DNA of 49,138 nucleotides from Negativicutes bacterium (GCA_017995975.1 JAGOHU010000001.1:1-49138), one strand, 5' to 3'; counted from the stretch's first letter, positions 28,663 to 39,455 are shown. Notes: generated by a model from the sequence alone, not told the origin. Numbers and translations are program-made.

Positions 28663-30195
28663 TCACCCCTTATGCGAGGCTTCAGAATGAGTAGGAACAA
28701 AATTTTCTTTAAAGCTTCCAATAGCTTGTATCAGAGCCTCTTCGTTTCCATCCAAAGTTTTCTTCTCTCGGATTCCAGCTAATAAGCTCGACTGATTTAA
28801 ACGCAAGTAAGCCAAAAATTCTTTCTCAAAGCGTAAAATATCCACCAACTCAATCGAATCCAAATGACCATGAATCCCTGTATAAAGAGAAGCCACTTGT
28901 TCCTCTACTGGGAAAGGTTGATATTGAGGTTGCTTCAAAAGCTCAGTCATTCGTTGACCTCGAGCAAGCTGATTTTTGGTTGCTTTATCCAAATCACTAC
29001 CAAATTGGGCAAAAGCAGCCAATTCACGATATTGAGCTAAATCCAAACGAAGCTTTCCTGCTACTTGTTTCATCGCCTTAATTTGTGCATTTCCACCTAC
29101 CCGAGAAACGGATAAGCCTGCATTCACCGCCGGACGAATCCCTGCATAGAAAAGTTCACTTTCCAGATAAATCTGGCCATCTGTAATCGAAATAACATTG
29201 GTTGGAATGTACGCTGAAACGTCTCCAGCCAAAGTTTCGATAATCGGTAAAGCAGTAATCGAACCGCCACCCAATTCAGGTGACAATTTTGCTGCTCTTT
29301 CCAAAAGGCGAGAATGTAAATAAAAAACATCTCCCGGATAAGCTTCACGACCTGGTGGTCGACGCAGCAACAGGGACATGGCCCGATAAGCTTGGGCATG
29401 CTTGGAAAGATCATCATATACACAAAGCACATGTTTGCCTTGTAGCATAAAATGTTCTCCAATTGTAACGCCTGTATAAGGGGCTAAATATTGAAGTGGA
29501 GCACCTTCGGCAGCAGTAGCAGCAACAATAATCGTATATTCCATGGCTCCTGCTTCTTCAAGACGATGTCGCACTTGAGCTACCGTAGAAGCCTTTTGGC
29601 CGATCGCTACATAAATACAGATCACATTTTGACCTTTTTGATTCAAAATGGTATCAATCGCTACCGCAGTTTTACCGGTTCCACGGTCCCCAATAATCAA
29701 TTCCCTTTGACCTCGGCCAATCGGAACCATTGCGTCAATCGCTTTAATCCCAGTTTGAAGCGGCTGTGCTACAGATTGACGATCTGCAATTCCGTAAGCT
29801 TGACTTTCCACAGGGCGGAAGCCTTCATTTGCAATCGGACCTTTTTCATCAATTGGCATACCTAACGAATTCAAAACTCGTCCAATCAAACCATCTCCCA
29901 CAGGTACTTCTACAATTCGACCTGTTCGCTTGACGACATCGCCTTCTTTAACCTCGTCTTCTCGACCGAGAAGAACTGCACCTACATTGTCTTCTTCAAG
30001 ATTGAGAACCATTCCATAAATTTCATTGGGGAAAAGGAGAAGTTCGCCGGACATTGCTTTTTCTAGTCCATGAATACGAGCAATCCCGTCTCCAATTTCC
30101 ATTACAGTCCCCACTTCATCAACCTGCAAATTTACTTGATACTTTTCAATCTGCTGCTTAATGATGGAAGTAATCTCTTCTGGACGTATCTGCAT
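28663..30195 (-). CDS. atpA: F1 ATP synthase subunit alpha
   Basis: 510 aa. P-loop GDRGTGKTA and alpha-type sequence throughout. Confidence 0.97.
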   Translation of the reverse strand: MQIRPEEITSIIKQQIEKYQVNLQVDEVGTVMEIGDGIARIHGLEKAMSGELLLFPNEIYGMVLNLEEDNVGAVLLGREDEVKEGDVVKRTGRIVEVPVGDGLIGRVLNSLGMPIDEKGPIANEGFRPVESQAYGIADRQSVAQPLQTGIKAIDAMVPIGRGQRELIIGDRGTGKTAVAIDTILNQKGQNVICIYVAIGQKASTVAQVRHRLEEAGAMEYTIIVAATAAEGAPLQYLAPYTGVTIGEHFMLQGKHVLCVYDDLSKHAQAYRAMSLLLRRPPGREAYPGDVFYLHSRLLERAAKLSPELGGGSITALPIIETLAGDVSAYIPTNVISITDGQIYLESELFYAGIRPAVNAGLSVSRVGGNAQIKAMKQVAGKLRLDLAQYRELAAFAQFGSDLDKATKNQLARGQRMTELLKQPQYQPFPVEEQVASLYTGIHGHLDSIELVDILRFEKEFLAYLRLNQSSLLAGIREKKTLDGNEEALIQAIGSFKENFVPTHSEASHKG

Positions 30196-30197
30196 AA

Positions 30198-30761
30198 TTA
30201 ACCTTCCACCTCCATCTGCTTCTGTGCCGAATTCATCAGTCGATCCCCAAGGGTTCGAAGCTGGCCTCGCACGGAACCATCAATCCAACGATTTCCGATT
30301 CGAATCAAAAGCCCTCCTAAAATAGAGGCATCTTCCTGATTGATCACCCGAATATTCCGGCCACTCACTTCTTCCAACTTCTTTTGCAAAGCAAGTTCCT
30401 CAGCCGAATTCAATTTTTTCGCACTAATCACCGAAACCTCAAGAATCCGAGATTCCTGATCTGCAATTTTACGATATTCATGAACAATCGTAGGTAAAAT
30501 ATCCCCTCTTTGCTTATCAATCAGCAAAAACAAAAAATTCTGAACCACCACAGGAGCTTCGCCAAAAATGTTAGCCACTGCTTCTTTTTTGGCTAACATT
30601 GGCACATGAGGGGTGATGAGAAATTCTTTCAAATCCGAATTTTTCTCAATAGCCTCAGAGATTTCTCCCAATACTTCTCCATAGGGTCCGACTTTTTCTT
30701 CTTTTTGAGCAATCTCAAAAAGCGCCCGGGCATAACGCCCTGCTACTCTTTCGCCTAGCAT
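30198..30761 (-). CDS. atpH: F1 ATP synthase subunit delta (OSCP)
   Basis: 187 aa. [11 protein letters not shown]-terminus. Positioned between atpF and atpA. Confidence 0.9.
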   Translation of the reverse strand: MLGERVAGRYARALFEIAQKEEKVGPYGEVLGEISEAIEKNSDLKEFLITPHVPMLAKKEAVANIFGEAPVVVQNFLFLLIDKQRGDILPTIVHEYRKIADQESRILEVSVISAKKLNSAEELALQKKLEEVSGRNIRVINQEDASILGGLLIRIGNRWIDGSVRGQLRTLGDRLMNSAQKQMEVEG

Positions 30762-31258
30762 GGTAAATTCCCTACGCTTTCACGATCAATTTTTCCAATG
30801 ACCTCATGAATCAAATCACTGTGCTTTTTCTCATCCATTTCTTTTGAGATAATTTTTTCAGCCATCACCACAGACAACTGAACTACCTCATTTCGAATAT
30901 CCATCAAAGCTTTTTCCTTCGCATGAGCAATCTGATTTTCTGCTTGAATGCGGAGCCGCTCTGACTCTTCACGAGCAACAGTAATCATTTCTTCTTTGGC
31001 TTTCTCAGAAAAGCGATTCGCATTTTCGATAATTTGCTGAGCCTCTTTGCGTGCATTGGCTAAGTGTTCCTCATACTCAGCGCGCAAATCAGTTGCAGCT
31101 TGCTTCTCCTTTTCTGCTCCTTCCAAATTATTCTGAATCGTTTGGCGTCTTTTCTCCATCATTTCAGAGACCGGTTTATAGCCAATTCGGTACAGACAAT
31201 AAAGGAGGAGGAAAAAGTTTATAACTTGAAATCCCATGGTTAAATTAACATCAAACAA
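30755..31258 (-). CDS. atpF: Fo ATP synthase subunit b
   Basis: 167 aa. One N-terminal TM helix followed by a long charged helix. Operon position fits. Confidence 0.9.
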   Translation of the reverse strand: MFDVNLTMGFQVINFFLLLYCLYRIGYKPVSEMMEKRRQTIQNNLEGAEKEKQAATDLRAEYEEHLANARKEAQQIIENANRFSEKAKEEMITVAREESERLRIQAENQIAHAKEKALMDIRNEVVQLSVVMAEKIISKEMDEKKHSDLIHEVIGKIDRESVGNLPC

Positions 31259-31288
31259 TGGACATTCCCTCCTATCCTATGAGTCAAA

Positions 31289-31522
31289 CTACATTACTTT
31301 ACTCATGAATACTAACGCAACCAAAGCTGCAACTAGTGGTACTACCTCAGTAAAAGCGAAAGCCAAAATCATAGCTCCTCGAATTGCATCTTTTTCTTCT
31401 GGTTGACGAGCAATGCTTTCCAGCGCAGTTGCCCCAATTTTAGAAATCCCGTAAGCCGCTGCCAACGCACCTAAACCAACAGCAATTGCTGCACCTAAAA
31501 TATAAGCCATTGTATTTTCCAT
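31289..31522 (-). CDS. atpE: Fo ATP synthase subunit c
   Basis: Hairpin proteolipid with the loop ARQPE and the carboxylate in FTEVVP. Start at ATG 31522, 8 nt after AAGGAGG; the track ORF begins at an upstream TTG. Confidence 0.93.
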   Translation of the reverse strand: MENTMAYILGAAIAVGLGALAAAYGISKIGATALESIARQPEEKDAIRGAMILAFAFTEVVPLVAALVALVFMSKVM

Positions 31523-31551
31523 GAATAATTCCTCCTTCAAATTTTAACTAA

Positions 31552-32217
31552 TTAATGATCTTCTGCAAATGCTGATGCCAAATAGGATGCAGAAAGTAAC
31601 GTGAAAACGTATGCCTGAATTACGCCAATGAGCACACACATCAACAACCAAATCACTGGGATTAATGGCGGAAACAGATTATATAGAACATGAAGCAAAA
31701 CCTCGCCAACCAAAATATTCACAAATAGCCGGACAGCCAAGGTACATGGTCGAACCAGTTCATCCAACAGGTTCATTGGAAGCATTAGCCAGTGAGGTTG
31801 CAAAAAGTGTTTAAAATAACCTAACCCTTTTTCCCGGGCTCCGACTAGATACACACTAAAAGCCGCAATAATTGCAAATGGAAAAGTCGTATTGAAATCA
31901 TTTGTAGGAGAAGTCAATTTTGGAGCAAGTCCCCACATATTAGCAATCAAAATGAACAAAAAAAGTGTCAGCAAAAAAGGTCCCATTTTCCGGCCTGCCG
32001 GTCCAATCATACTATCAATTAAATCAATAATAAAATCAATAGCCATTTCAAAACTATTTTGCATCCCTTCTGGAACAATTTCTAGACGACGAGTAGCTAA
32101 GTAAGCAAATAAAATAATTATTGCCATAGTCACCCAAGTCATAAAAATGGTATCCAGAAAAATCTCATGCCCAAATAAAAGCCCCCGAGTATGATGTATC
32201 AGTTCTCCACCCTGCAT
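31552..32217 (-). CDS. atpB: Fo ATP synthase subunit a
   Basis: Polytopic protein with the conserved Arg helix (LAVRLFVNILVGE). Start at ATG 32217, after AAGGAGG with a 9-nt spacer; the track ORF is 15 codons longer. Confidence 0.92.
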   Translation of the reverse strand: MQGGELIHHTRGLLFGHEIFLDTIFMTWVTMAIIILFAYLATRRLEIVPEGMQNSFEMAIDFIIDLIDSMIGPAGRKMGPFLLTLFLFILIANMWGLAPKLTSPTNDFNTTFPFAIIAAFSVYLVGAREKGLGYFKHFLQPHWLMLPMNLLDELVRPCTLAVRLFVNILVGEVLLHVLYNLFPPLIPVIWLLMCVLIGVIQAYVFTLLSASYLASAFAEDH

Positions 32218-32296
32218 TTTTATCACCTCCTTTACTTGGTAATTTGCCCACAATATTCTCAAGTTTCTGAAAATATCAGGCTAAAAATTTTTTAGT

Positions 32297-32647
32297 CTAC
32301 TCCCACCAACAATAAATCAAAAGGAGCGGATAAAAAATAGCAAACCCTATCAGTGTCCAACTCAATTGCAGTATTGGTAAAAAATAACCAAGCGAAAGTG
32401 CAAAAGCAACAATCGGCAACCGTAGACCTGACAAGATTTGCAAAAACAGGTGAATCTTATCTCCATAAGACTTCGCTGTAAGTACCAACAAGAGCAGGTA
32501 TATTAAAGATAGGGTTCCACCATAAAAAACACTGAATGCAGCAAATTTTTCATCGAAAAACCAGCCTACCAACCCAAGAAGAGCTGTAAGGACAAATAAA
32601 TAAATCAAAAATTTCTTCCAATGACGAGGGAATCCAAAAGAATTCAC
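32297..32647 (-). CDS. atpI: ATP synthase protein I (AtpI-like small membrane protein)
   Basis: 116 aa, four hydrophobic segments, immediately upstream of atpB. GTG start with GGAGG SD. Confidence 0.7.
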   Translation of the reverse strand: MNSFGFPRHWKKFLIYLFVLTALLGLVGWFFDEKFAAFSVFYGGTLSLIYLLLLVLTAKSYGDKIHLFLQILSGLRLPIVAFALSLGYFLPILQLSWTLIGFAIFYPLLLIYCWWE

Positions 32648-32668
32648 TTTGCATCCTCCCCTTTGAGC

Positions 32669-32893
32669 TTATTTTTTTATATAAAGTCCAGAAATATAGC
32701 GTAATCCACTATAAAATGGAATCAGTAATCCAAAAAAAGCTCCACTTATTATACCCAATGGGCTGGTATGATAATAAGCGTCAATCAGTGTTCCTGCCTT
32801 CACTCCGAGATAAGCACAGCTTACCACAGTAATGCCGAAGCCAGTCCCCCAACTTAATATGCGTAGCCATTTTCTTGTACTTGGATTGCTCAT
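32669..32893 (-). CDS. atpZ: AtpZ/AtpI-family small membrane protein
   Basis: 74 aa, two TM helices, first gene of the atp cluster. The assignment rests on position and size. Confidence 0.6.
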   Translation of the reverse strand: MSNPSTRKWLRILSWGTGFGITVVSCAYLGVKAGTLIDAYYHTSPLGIISGAFFGLLIPFYSGLRYISGLYIKK

Positions 32894-32961
32894 TTTTTTA
32901 TCTCCAAGTCTAACCTATTCATAATTTTAACAATTCGCTTTTTTTCAAAAAAATCCTTTTT

Positions 32962-34104
32962 CTAAGCTTTGTATATTTTTTGATCAAAATATTTTTCGAT
33001 CGCTTCGACAATTTGTACCGCTGCAGTACCATCCCCATAAGGGTTACTTGCAGCCGACATGGCCAAATAAGCTTTTTCGTCACTTAGCAACTGGTGAGCT
33101 GCTTGATATACCTCATCTTGATCAGTTCCTACCAATCTGACAGTCCCAGCCGCTACCGCTTCCGGTCGCTCTGTGGTGTCTCGCAGGACAAGCACTGGCT
33201 TGCCCAATGAAGGGGCCTCTTCTTGAATCCCACCTGAGTCAGTCAGGATAAGGGCCGAATGATTTAGCAAATTGGCAAAAGGTTCATAGTCCAAAGGCTC
33301 AATCAAGACCACTCGATCATGACCGCCCAGTTCTGCTTCTACCACATCCCGCACCTTAGGGTTTTTATGAACTGGAAAAACAGCCACTGTATCTGAATGA
33401 GCTTCCAAAACATCTCTCAAAGCTCGATAGACCTGCCTCATAGGCTCTCCTAGATTTTCTCGGCGATGAGTGGTAACCAAAATGATCCGTTTTTTGCTCT
33501 CCAAGGCTTGATTTAAAGCTGGATCATCAAAAGTATAGCCCGGCTTCACTGTTTTTAATAACGCATCAACTACTGTATTGCCGGTCACAATAATCCGTTC
33601 GGCCGGCACACCTTCTTTGAGAAGATTTTCTTTTGCGGTTTCGGTCGGAGCAAAATGCAAATCCGTTAAAACTCCGGTCAGCTTGCGATTCATTTCTTCT
33701 GGGTAAGGGGAATACTTATCTCCAGTTCGTAGGCCTGCTTCTACATGGCCTACCTGAATCTGATGATAAAAAGAAGCTAACGCTCCTGCAAAAGTCGTAG
33801 TCGTATCTCCATGCACCAGAACCATATCAGGCTTTTCAAGGGATAAGACTTCGTTTAAGCCCAATAAAGATCGAGAAGTCACATCAAACAATGTTTGATC
33901 AGCCGCCATAATATCTAAATCATGTTTCGGTTCAATTTCAAAAAGACGAAGTACCTGATCCAGCATCTCTCGATGTTGAGCCGTCACAGCAACAACCACC
34001 TCAAATCGGCCTGATTCCTGCAAAGCTTGAACCACTGGTGCCATCTTAATTGCTTCTGGACGAGTGCCAAACACAGTCATAATGCGAATTTTTCCCCTTG
34101 CCAA
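32962..34104 (-). CDS. wecB: UDP-N-acetylglucosamine 2-epimerase (non-hydrolysing)
   Basis: IRIMTVFGTRPEAIKMAPV and HGDTTT, plus the SGGIQEE segment (DSGGIQEEAPSLGKPVLVLR), are typical. The start is uncertain: TTG 34104 is preferred, with TTG 34131 (the track start) and ATG 34080 as alternatives. Confidence 0.9.
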   Translation of the reverse strand: MARGKIRIMTVFGTRPEAIKMAPVVQALQESGRFEVVVAVTAQHREMLDQVLRLFEIEPKHDLDIMAADQTLFDVTSRSLLGLNEVLSLEKPDMVLVHGDTTTTFAGALASFYHQIQVGHVEAGLRTGDKYSPYPEEMNRKLTGVLTDLHFAPTETAKENLLKEGVPAERIIVTGNTVVDALLKTVKPGYTFDDPALNQALESKKRIILVTTHRRENLGEPMRQVYRALRDVLEAHSDTVAVFPVHKNPKVRDVVEAELGGHDRVVLIEPLDYEPFANLLNHSALILTDSGGIQEEAPSLGKPVLVLRDTTERPEAVAAGTVRLVGTDQDEVYQAAHQLLSDEKAYLAMSAASNPYGDGTAAVQIVEAIEKYFDQKIYKA

Positions 34105-34137
34105 ATTATTCGACCCCTTTCCCACTTTCAATTCAAA

Positions 34138-35166
34138 TTACAGTTCTTTTGGATCCCCATAGCGCAAAACCCCAATTTTAATGGCTCCAGCTACTGCAAG
34201 AAGTAATAAAGCAGCCACAATCGCCATCCCCACCAGCGGCGGAAGCTCTGACAAAGCGATTGCTCCCAAAGCCAAACAAATGCTAAAGAAATACATGGCC
34301 AATACTACTTTTTTCTGAGACAACCCTAGTGCCAACAATCGATGATGCAAGTGGCCTTTGTCAGGCTTAAAAACCGGCTGCCCTGCTAACTTTCTTCTAA
34401 AAATCGCAAAGGCCGTATCAATAATTGGTAGTCCCAATGCGATACAAGGCACAACTAACGCAATTGTAGTGGCACTTTTCACTGCCCCCATCACCGCGGC
34501 TGCTCCCATCACATAGCCCAGAAACATACTCCCCGTATCACCCATGAAAATTTGAGCCGGGTTAAAATTATATACTAAAAATCCAAGGCAAGCTCCTGAT
34601 AAAGCAGCCATCAAAAGAGCAATCGGCCAGAGCTGATTTAGTATCGACACGATCAGCACAGTAAGGGCTGCAATCGCAACAACACCCGCAGCGAGCCCAT
34701 CAAGCCCATCAAGCAAATTCACCACATTGATCATTGAAATAATCCAAAAGACTGTAAAAGGAACAGACAGCCACTCTAAATAAAAATAGCCCCCTAATGG
34801 GTTACTCAACCACTGAATTTGGGACCCAGTTAGAGCCAATACAAAAGCAGCTAAAATTTGTCCAGCCAGCTTCCATTTTGCTGGAATTTGCCAAAAATCA
34901 TCCGCCACTCCTAATCCAACAATCAAAAAAGCTCCCACTAAAAATCCAATAAATTCAGTATTCCATTGAGTCGTCGTGATCATTACGGATAGCATAAAAG
35001 CGCCAAAAATCGCCAGACCTCCCAGCCTCGGAATTACCCCTTTATGGACTCGCCTCTTATCAGGCCGATCCACTGCCCCAAAACGAATCGCCAGTCTCTT
35101 CACTTGTGGAGTCAACCAACAAGTCAATAATAATGCTAAGAAGAAAGCAATCCATGCTTTATTCAT
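34138..35166 (-). CDS. wecA: Undecaprenyl-phosphate GlcNAc-1-phosphate transferase (WecA/TagO, MraY-like family)
   Basis: 342 aa polytopic protein. Glycosyltransferase family 4 motifs NLLDGLDGLA and GDTGSMFLG. Confidence 0.85.
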   Translation of the reverse strand: MNKAWIAFFLALLLTCWLTPQVKRLAIRFGAVDRPDKRRVHKGVIPRLGGLAIFGAFMLSVMITTTQWNTEFIGFLVGAFLIVGLGVADDFWQIPAKWKLAGQILAAFVLALTGSQIQWLSNPLGGYFYLEWLSVPFTVFWIISMINVVNLLDGLDGLAAGVVAIAALTVLIVSILNQLWPIALLMAALSGACLGFLVYNFNPAQIFMGDTGSMFLGYVMGAAAVMGAVKSATTIALVVPCIALGLPIIDTAFAIFRRKLAGQPVFKPDKGHLHHRLLALGLSQKKVVLAMYFFSICLALGAIALSELPPLVGMAIVAALLLLAVAGAIKIGVLRYGDPKEL

Positions 35167-35192
35167 TCTCTCTACCTCAATCCAGTCTCAAA

Positions 35193-35858
35193 TTACTCTG
35201 CGATCCGATAAGGTTCGCAATAGCCTCTTTTTATAAGTTTTTCAATATGCTCTTCCAGCATCAAAGATAAATTTAATTGATATTGATCTGCCAACAAATA
35301 CATCATCGTAAAGCAGCATTGAGCAATATCCAATAATTCAAACACCGCACCTTCCCAAGCTTTCGGATCTTGCAACTCTTCCTTTTCTCCCGAAGCCCCA
35401 GTACCTTTGCCTAAAAACTGAGTCAATTCGCCAAATTCTTCTTGAATTTTCGCCACGGTGAGCAAAAGAGTCAATCCGGGAATCTTAAGCTTAGGTAGTT
35501 TGAGTAATTTCCAATTTCCTTTACTTGTTACTTGATAATCTTCCGTTTCTTCATAAGAATAACCTTTTTCTCGCAATTTCAACAAATGAACTTTTACCAG
35601 TTCATCTACTTGGATTCCTTTTTCTGATTCAAAAACAAAAATCATGGTTACACAAGTTTGGCCCACATCTAAAAGTTCGCTAGCAATTCGATGAATCGTC
35701 TCTCCGGTTGCCTCTTTTTTTTCTTCTTGATCTACCAAGCAAAGAATCTCTCGAGACAATTCTCCCGCTTCCTCAATCCCTTTTAGCAAAGTTGAGAAAA
35801 GAGTTGGTTGAATCTTTGTCAATCGAGGCAGTCGGATTGTATCTGCTAGAAAATCCAT
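35193..35858 (-). CDS. Protein with two tandem MazG-like (all-alpha NTP pyrophosphohydrolase) repeats
   Basis: Repeat 1 is LLKGIEEAGELSREI...ASELLDVGQTCVTMIF...LREKGY. Repeat 2 is KIQEEFGELTQFL...VFELLDIAQCCFTMMY...LIKRGY. Start at ATG 35858 (AGAGGA SD), because the extended -10 at 35906-35914 would put the transcript start downstream of the track ATG at 35903. Confidence 0.65.
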   Translation of the reverse strand: MDFLADTIRLPRLTKIQPTLFSTLLKGIEEAGELSREILCLVDQEEKKEATGETIHRIASELLDVGQTCVTMIFVFESEKGIQVDELVKVHLLKLREKGYSYEETEDYQVTSKGNWKLLKLPKLKIPGLTLLLTVAKIQEEFGELTQFLGKGTGASGEKEELQDPKAWEGAVFELLDIAQCCFTMMYLLADQYQLNLSLMLEEHIEKLIKRGYCEPYRIAE

Positions 35859-35905
35859 TTTTGTCCTCTTTCTTTTCAATTCAAAATTGAGTCTATTCCT
35901 CATAG

Positions 35906-35914
35906 ATTATAGCA
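35906..35914 (-). promoter_or_regulatory. Extended -10 promoter element upstream of the tandem-MazG gene
   Basis: Minus strand reads TGCTATAAT. No good -35 is visible. Lies just downstream of the comEB terminator. Confidence 0.45.
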
Positions 35915-35932
35915 CTAAACTAACTTTGACAC

Positions 35933-35961
35933 AAAAAAAGAGAAAGGATTTCTCCTTTCTC
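35933..35961 (-). terminator. Intrinsic terminator after comEB
   Basis: Perfect 9-bp stem GAGAAAGGA-GAAA-TCCTTTCTC (GNRA loop) followed by T7, 17 nt after the comEB stop. Confidence 0.8.
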
Positions 35962-35977
35962 ACTAAAGTCACCCAAA

Positions 35978-36439
35978 CTATTCAGCTTTTACATAATGAT
36001 GAGGTCGATTGGAAAAGCCTTCCAATGCACGGACGATAATCTTTTTGTCCATTTTACAAAACCAATCAATATAGGCATCATACTGGCGAGCATAAACAAC
36101 TTCCACGATCCCGGAAGCAATAATCAACTTCTGGCATTCCGGACAGGGATAATCAGTCACATACAAAGTGGCCCCTTGCCTTTGATCCGGTGTGCATTCA
36201 AGAAGCGCATTGGGCTCAGCATGAACACAGCGGATGCAATGACCTTCTTTGATCTCGCAGCCCTCTTCTAAACAATGAGGCATCCCAGGAGGACTACCAT
36301 TATAACCAGTTCCTTTAAGTCTTTTGTCCTTCACGACCACTGCTCCAACCACCCGGCGGGAACAAGTGCCTCGCATTGCAGTTTGAAAAGCAATTTCCAT
36401 AAAATACTCATCCCACGTAAGACGTCGATTCATTATCAT
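35978..36439 (-). CDS. comEB: dCMP deaminase (ComEB-type cytidine/deoxycytidylate deaminase)
   Basis: Zinc motifs VHAEPNAL and PCPECQKLI. The start is ambiguous among GTG 36448, ATG 36439 and ATG 36433. Confidence 0.88.
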   Translation of the reverse strand: MIMNRRLTWDEYFMEIAFQTAMRGTCSRRVVGAVVVKDKRLKGTGYNGSPPGMPHCLEEGCEIKEGHCIRCVHAEPNALLECTPDQRQGATLYVTDYPCPECQKLIIASGIVEVVYARQYDAYIDWFCKMDKKIIVRALEGFSNRPHHYVKAE

Positions 36440-36476
36440 TGGTTTCACCTGCTTACTTCAAATTTGGATTTCCGAA

Positions 36477-37103
36477 TTACTTGGTTCCAAAAATTCGATC
36501 TCCTGCATCACCAAGACCAGGAACGATATAGCCATGATCATTCAAGCATTCATCCAAAGCGGCAGTGTAAATCTCTACATCCGGATGAGCATCATTTACT
36601 ACTTTTACACCTTCTGGCGCCGAAACAAGACAAACTAATTTGATATTTTTAGCCCCTTTGGCTTTCAGCAAATCAATGGCTGCTGCCGCACTACCGCCAG
36701 TTGCAAGCATTGGATCAAGCAGAATGAATTCTCGCTCCGATACATCACTTGGCAATTTGCAATAGTATTCAACTGGCTTCAATGTTTCTGGATCTCGATA
36801 AAGTCCGATATGCCCCACTTTGATGGTAGGAATCAATTGCATAAACCCAGCAGTCATCCCAAGACCAGCTCGAAGAATCGGCACGATTGCCATTTTCTTT
36901 CCAGCAATTACCTTGGAGTTACAAGGTCCTACAGGAGTCTCAATCATTTTATCTTCTAACGGTAGATCACGAGTAATCTCATAAGCCATCAAAAGAGAAA
37001 TTTCTTCTAGCATCTCTCGAAAATCCTTCGTCCCAGTTGTCTTTTCACGGATAAAGGATAATTTGTGCTGAATTAAAGGATGATTGATTACATGTACTTT
37101 CAT
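36477..37103 (-). CDS. upp: Uracil phosphoribosyltransferase
   Basis: [17 protein letters not shown]-terminus and PRPP loop [12 protein letters not shown]. The track ORF is 21 codons longer and overlaps glyA. Confidence 0.94.
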   Translation of the reverse strand: MKVHVINHPLIQHKLSFIREKTTGTKDFREMLEEISLLMAYEITRDLPLEDKMIETPVGPCNSKVIAGKKMAIVPILRAGLGMTAGFMQLIPTIKVGHIGLYRDPETLKPVEYYCKLPSDVSEREFILLDPMLATGGSAAAAIDLLKAKGAKNIKLVCLVSAPEGVKVVNDAHPDVEIYTAALDECLNDHGYIVPGLGDAGDRIFGTK

Positions 37104-37119
37104 TTTGCTTCCTACTTTC

Positions 37120-38382
37120 TTATTTAGTCTGCCAGCATCCACAAGCATAAAGTGGATATTTAGCAAGAAGTTTCGCCACTCGGTCTCGAGCCTCTTTCAT
37201 TGCTTCTTCATCATCCAGATTTTTCAAAGTAATCGAGATAATTTCAGCAATTTCTTCCATATCTTCTTCCTTGAGCCCTCGAGTGGTCATAGCAGGGGTT
37301 CCAATTCGGAGCCCGCTGGTCACGAAAGGACTTTCTGGGTCACCAGGAATCGAATTTTTATTGACCGTAACTCCGACTTCATCCAATGCTTTTTCTGCTA
37401 CTTTACCAGTGATTTGATGATTGCGAAGGTCAACTAGCATCAGATGATTATCGGTTCCATTGGAAACCAAATTAAAGCCTTGATCTTTCAATGCTTCCGC
37501 CAGCGCTTCTGCATTGGCCAAAATTTGTTCCCCATAGGCCCGAAAATCTTCATCCATAATCTCTTTAAAAGCCACTGCTTTGGCGGCAATCACATGCATT
37601 AAAGGACCACCTTGAGTTCCTGGAAATACAGCTTTATCGATTTTAGCAGCCAATTCGGATTTACACAAAATGATTCCGCCTCTTGGACCACGCAAGGTTT
37701 TATGAGTCGTAGAAGTCACCACATCGGCGTAAGGGATCGGGCTTGGGTGTAATCCACAGGCCACAAGTCCAGCAATATGAGCCATATCTACAAAGAAAAT
37801 CGCCCCTACTTCTTTCGCAATGTTACCAATGCGTTCAAAATCAATGATGCGGGAATAAGCACTGGCTCCAGCCACAATCATTTTTGGCTTTTCTTTGCGT
37901 GCAATTTCTTCCAATTGATCATAATCAATATGATGAGTTTTTTCATCCACTCCATAAGGAATGATTTCAAAATAAGTACCCGAAAAATTCACTGGGCTAC
38001 CATGGGTCAAATGACCCCCATGGGCCAAATTCATTCCAAGCACTTTATCCCCTGGTTGAAGTAATGCAAAGTAAACTGCAAAGTTGGCATTGGCTCCCGA
38101 ATGAGGCTGAACATTTGCATGCTCTGCACCAAAAATTTTCTTGACTCGCTCAATGGCTAGCTTTTCTACCACATCAACGTGTTCACAGCCCCCATAGTAA
38201 CGTTTATCTGGGTAGCCTTCCGCATACTTATTAGTCAATACGCTCCCCTGAGCTTCCATAACGGCTTTCGATACGAAATTTTCGGAAGCGATCAATTCGA
38301 TCTTATCTTGCTGACGCTTTCTCTCAGCTTCAATTGCTGAAAATACTTCTGGATCTCTTGCTTCTACATGCTTTAGTCCCAT
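37120..38382 (-). CDS. glyA: Serine hydroxymethyltransferase
   Basis: 420 aa. PLP-lysine motif [14 protein letters not shown]. Confidence 0.97.
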   Translation of the reverse strand: MGLKHVEARDPEVFSAIEAERKRQQDKIELIASENFVSKAVMEAQGSVLTNKYAEGYPDKRYYGGCEHVDVVEKLAIERVKKIFGAEHANVQPHSGANANFAVYFALLQPGDKVLGMNLAHGGHLTHGSPVNFSGTYFEIIPYGVDEKTHHIDYDQLEEIARKEKPKMIVAGASAYSRIIDFERIGNIAKEVGAIFFVDMAHIAGLVACGLHPSPIPYADVVTSTTHKTLRGPRGGIILCKSELAAKIDKAVFPGTQGGPLMHVIAAKAVAFKEIMDEDFRAYGEQILANAEALAEALKDQGFNLVSNGTDNHLMLVDLRNHQITGKVAEKALDEVGVTVNKNSIPGDPESPFVTSGLRIGTPAMTTRGLKEEDMEEIAEIISITLKNLDDEEAMKEARDRVAKLLAKYPLYACGCWQTK

Positions 38383-38402
38383 TTTTCAATTCCGCCCTTC
38401 TT

Positions 38403-38948
38403 TCAAGTTTCTGGATATTGAGCTCGACTACCTCCGATAAGAGGAAGCCGGGTTTTTGCAGCAGTAATTAGTGCTTCTCCGTAAAATCTACGGCTGAGTC
38501 GTACTGGTACAGCTACTCTTTTCAGATGCATCCCAATCAAAGTCTGACCAATATCAATGCCTCCATCGACTTCGACCCTTTCGACTAACACTGGGTTTTT
38601 CATTTTCTCCCATGCAGTTGTCCCCATAGAGCCACCTGCACTGGCAACAGGTCTAGCAGAAACTAAATTCCACCCTTTTTCCCTTGCCAAATCGCCGTCC
38701 ACAACAATTGCTCGATTTAAATGCTCACAACACTGAAATACTAAATCGATTCCCTCAGATTTTGCATTTGCCATCAAGCCATTGTACAAGGTCTCGGCAA
38801 TTTCAAGAGAACCATATTTGCCGATCACTCGGCCTTGAATTTCACTGGTACTACAGCCAATGACTACAATACTTCCAGCTGGAAGTTGTAACATTTTAAA
38901 TAAGTCTTTTGCTAGCAAAGAAGCTTCTTCAATTTCCCACTTGCTCAT
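38403..38948 (-). CDS. TIGR01440/DUF436 family protein (YwlG-like)
   Basis: 181 aa. Occupies the conserved slot between rpiB and glyA that ywlG holds in Bacillus-type synteny. Function unknown. Confidence 0.75.
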   Translation of the reverse strand: MSKWEIEEASLLAKDLFKMLQLPAGSIVVIGCSTSEIQGRVIGKYGSLEIAETLYNGLMANAKSEGIDLVFQCCEHLNRAIVVDGDLAREKGWNLVSARPVASAGGSMGTTAWEKMKNPVLVERVEVDGGIDIGQTLIGMHLKRVAVPVRLSRRFYGEALITAAKTRLPLIGGSRAQYPET

Positions 38949-38952
38949 GACA

Positions 38953-39390
38953 TTATTTCTCCAATCCAGCTATTTTTTCCACCCGGCGACTATGACGGCC
39001 TCCCTCGAATTTGGCTTTTAGCCATTCTTCTACAATAAGCAAAGCGTGACCAAAGCCAATCACTCGCTCTCCCATAGCCAAGATATTGGCATCATTATGT
39101 TCCCTAGATTTTTGAGCCGAGTAGACATCGTGACACAAAGCCGCACGAATCCCATCAATTTTGTTGGCCGCAATACTAATTCCAATCCCAGTACCACAGA
39201 TCAAAATCCCCTTATCGGCTCGCTCCAATAGAACTTCCTCGGCAACTGCTTGAGCCACATCGGGATAATCAATGGAATCTAGGTTCTGAGCACCCAAATC
39301 GATCACCTCGATTTGTTTTTCTCTCAACCATTTCACCATCTCTGCTTTCAAATGAAAGCCTCCGTGATCACTACCAATTGCTATCTTCAT
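38953..39390 (-). CDS. rpiB: Ribose-5-phosphate isomerase B
   Basis: 145 aa. MKIAIGSDHGG and ICGTGIGISIAANK are typical of RpiB/LacAB. Confidence 0.93.
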   Translation of the reverse strand: MKIAIGSDHGGFHLKAEMVKWLREKQIEVIDLGAQNLDSIDYPDVAQAVAEEVLLERADKGILICGTGIGISIAANKIDGIRAALCHDVYSAQKSREHNDANILAMGERVIGFGHALLIVEEWLKAKFEGGRHSRRVEKIAGLEK

Positions 39391-39455
39391 CTTTTTTCCT
39401 CCAACGTGAATACTTCTTCTTTAATTAGTCATAGAAGAAGAAATACCCTGCAAAA

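Noticed and set aside
31289-31522. Checked the ATP synthase c subunit for a Na+-binding signature, and noted the Ala-rich helix 1 (GALAAAYGIS where Bacillus has GAGIGNG).
   Set aside because: The Gln in helix 1 and the Ser/Thr after the carboxylate (ES/ET) expected for Na+ coupling are absent; the sequence is FTEVVP. The default is therefore an H+ type. The Ala-for-Gly substitutions are real but too weak a signal to interpret without alignment.
39413-39440. An 8-bp CTTCTTCT/AGAAGAAG hairpin between ywlE and rpiB.
   Set aside because: The stem is AT/purine-rich and moderately stable, and no U-tract follows. I cannot support a terminator or riboswitch call.
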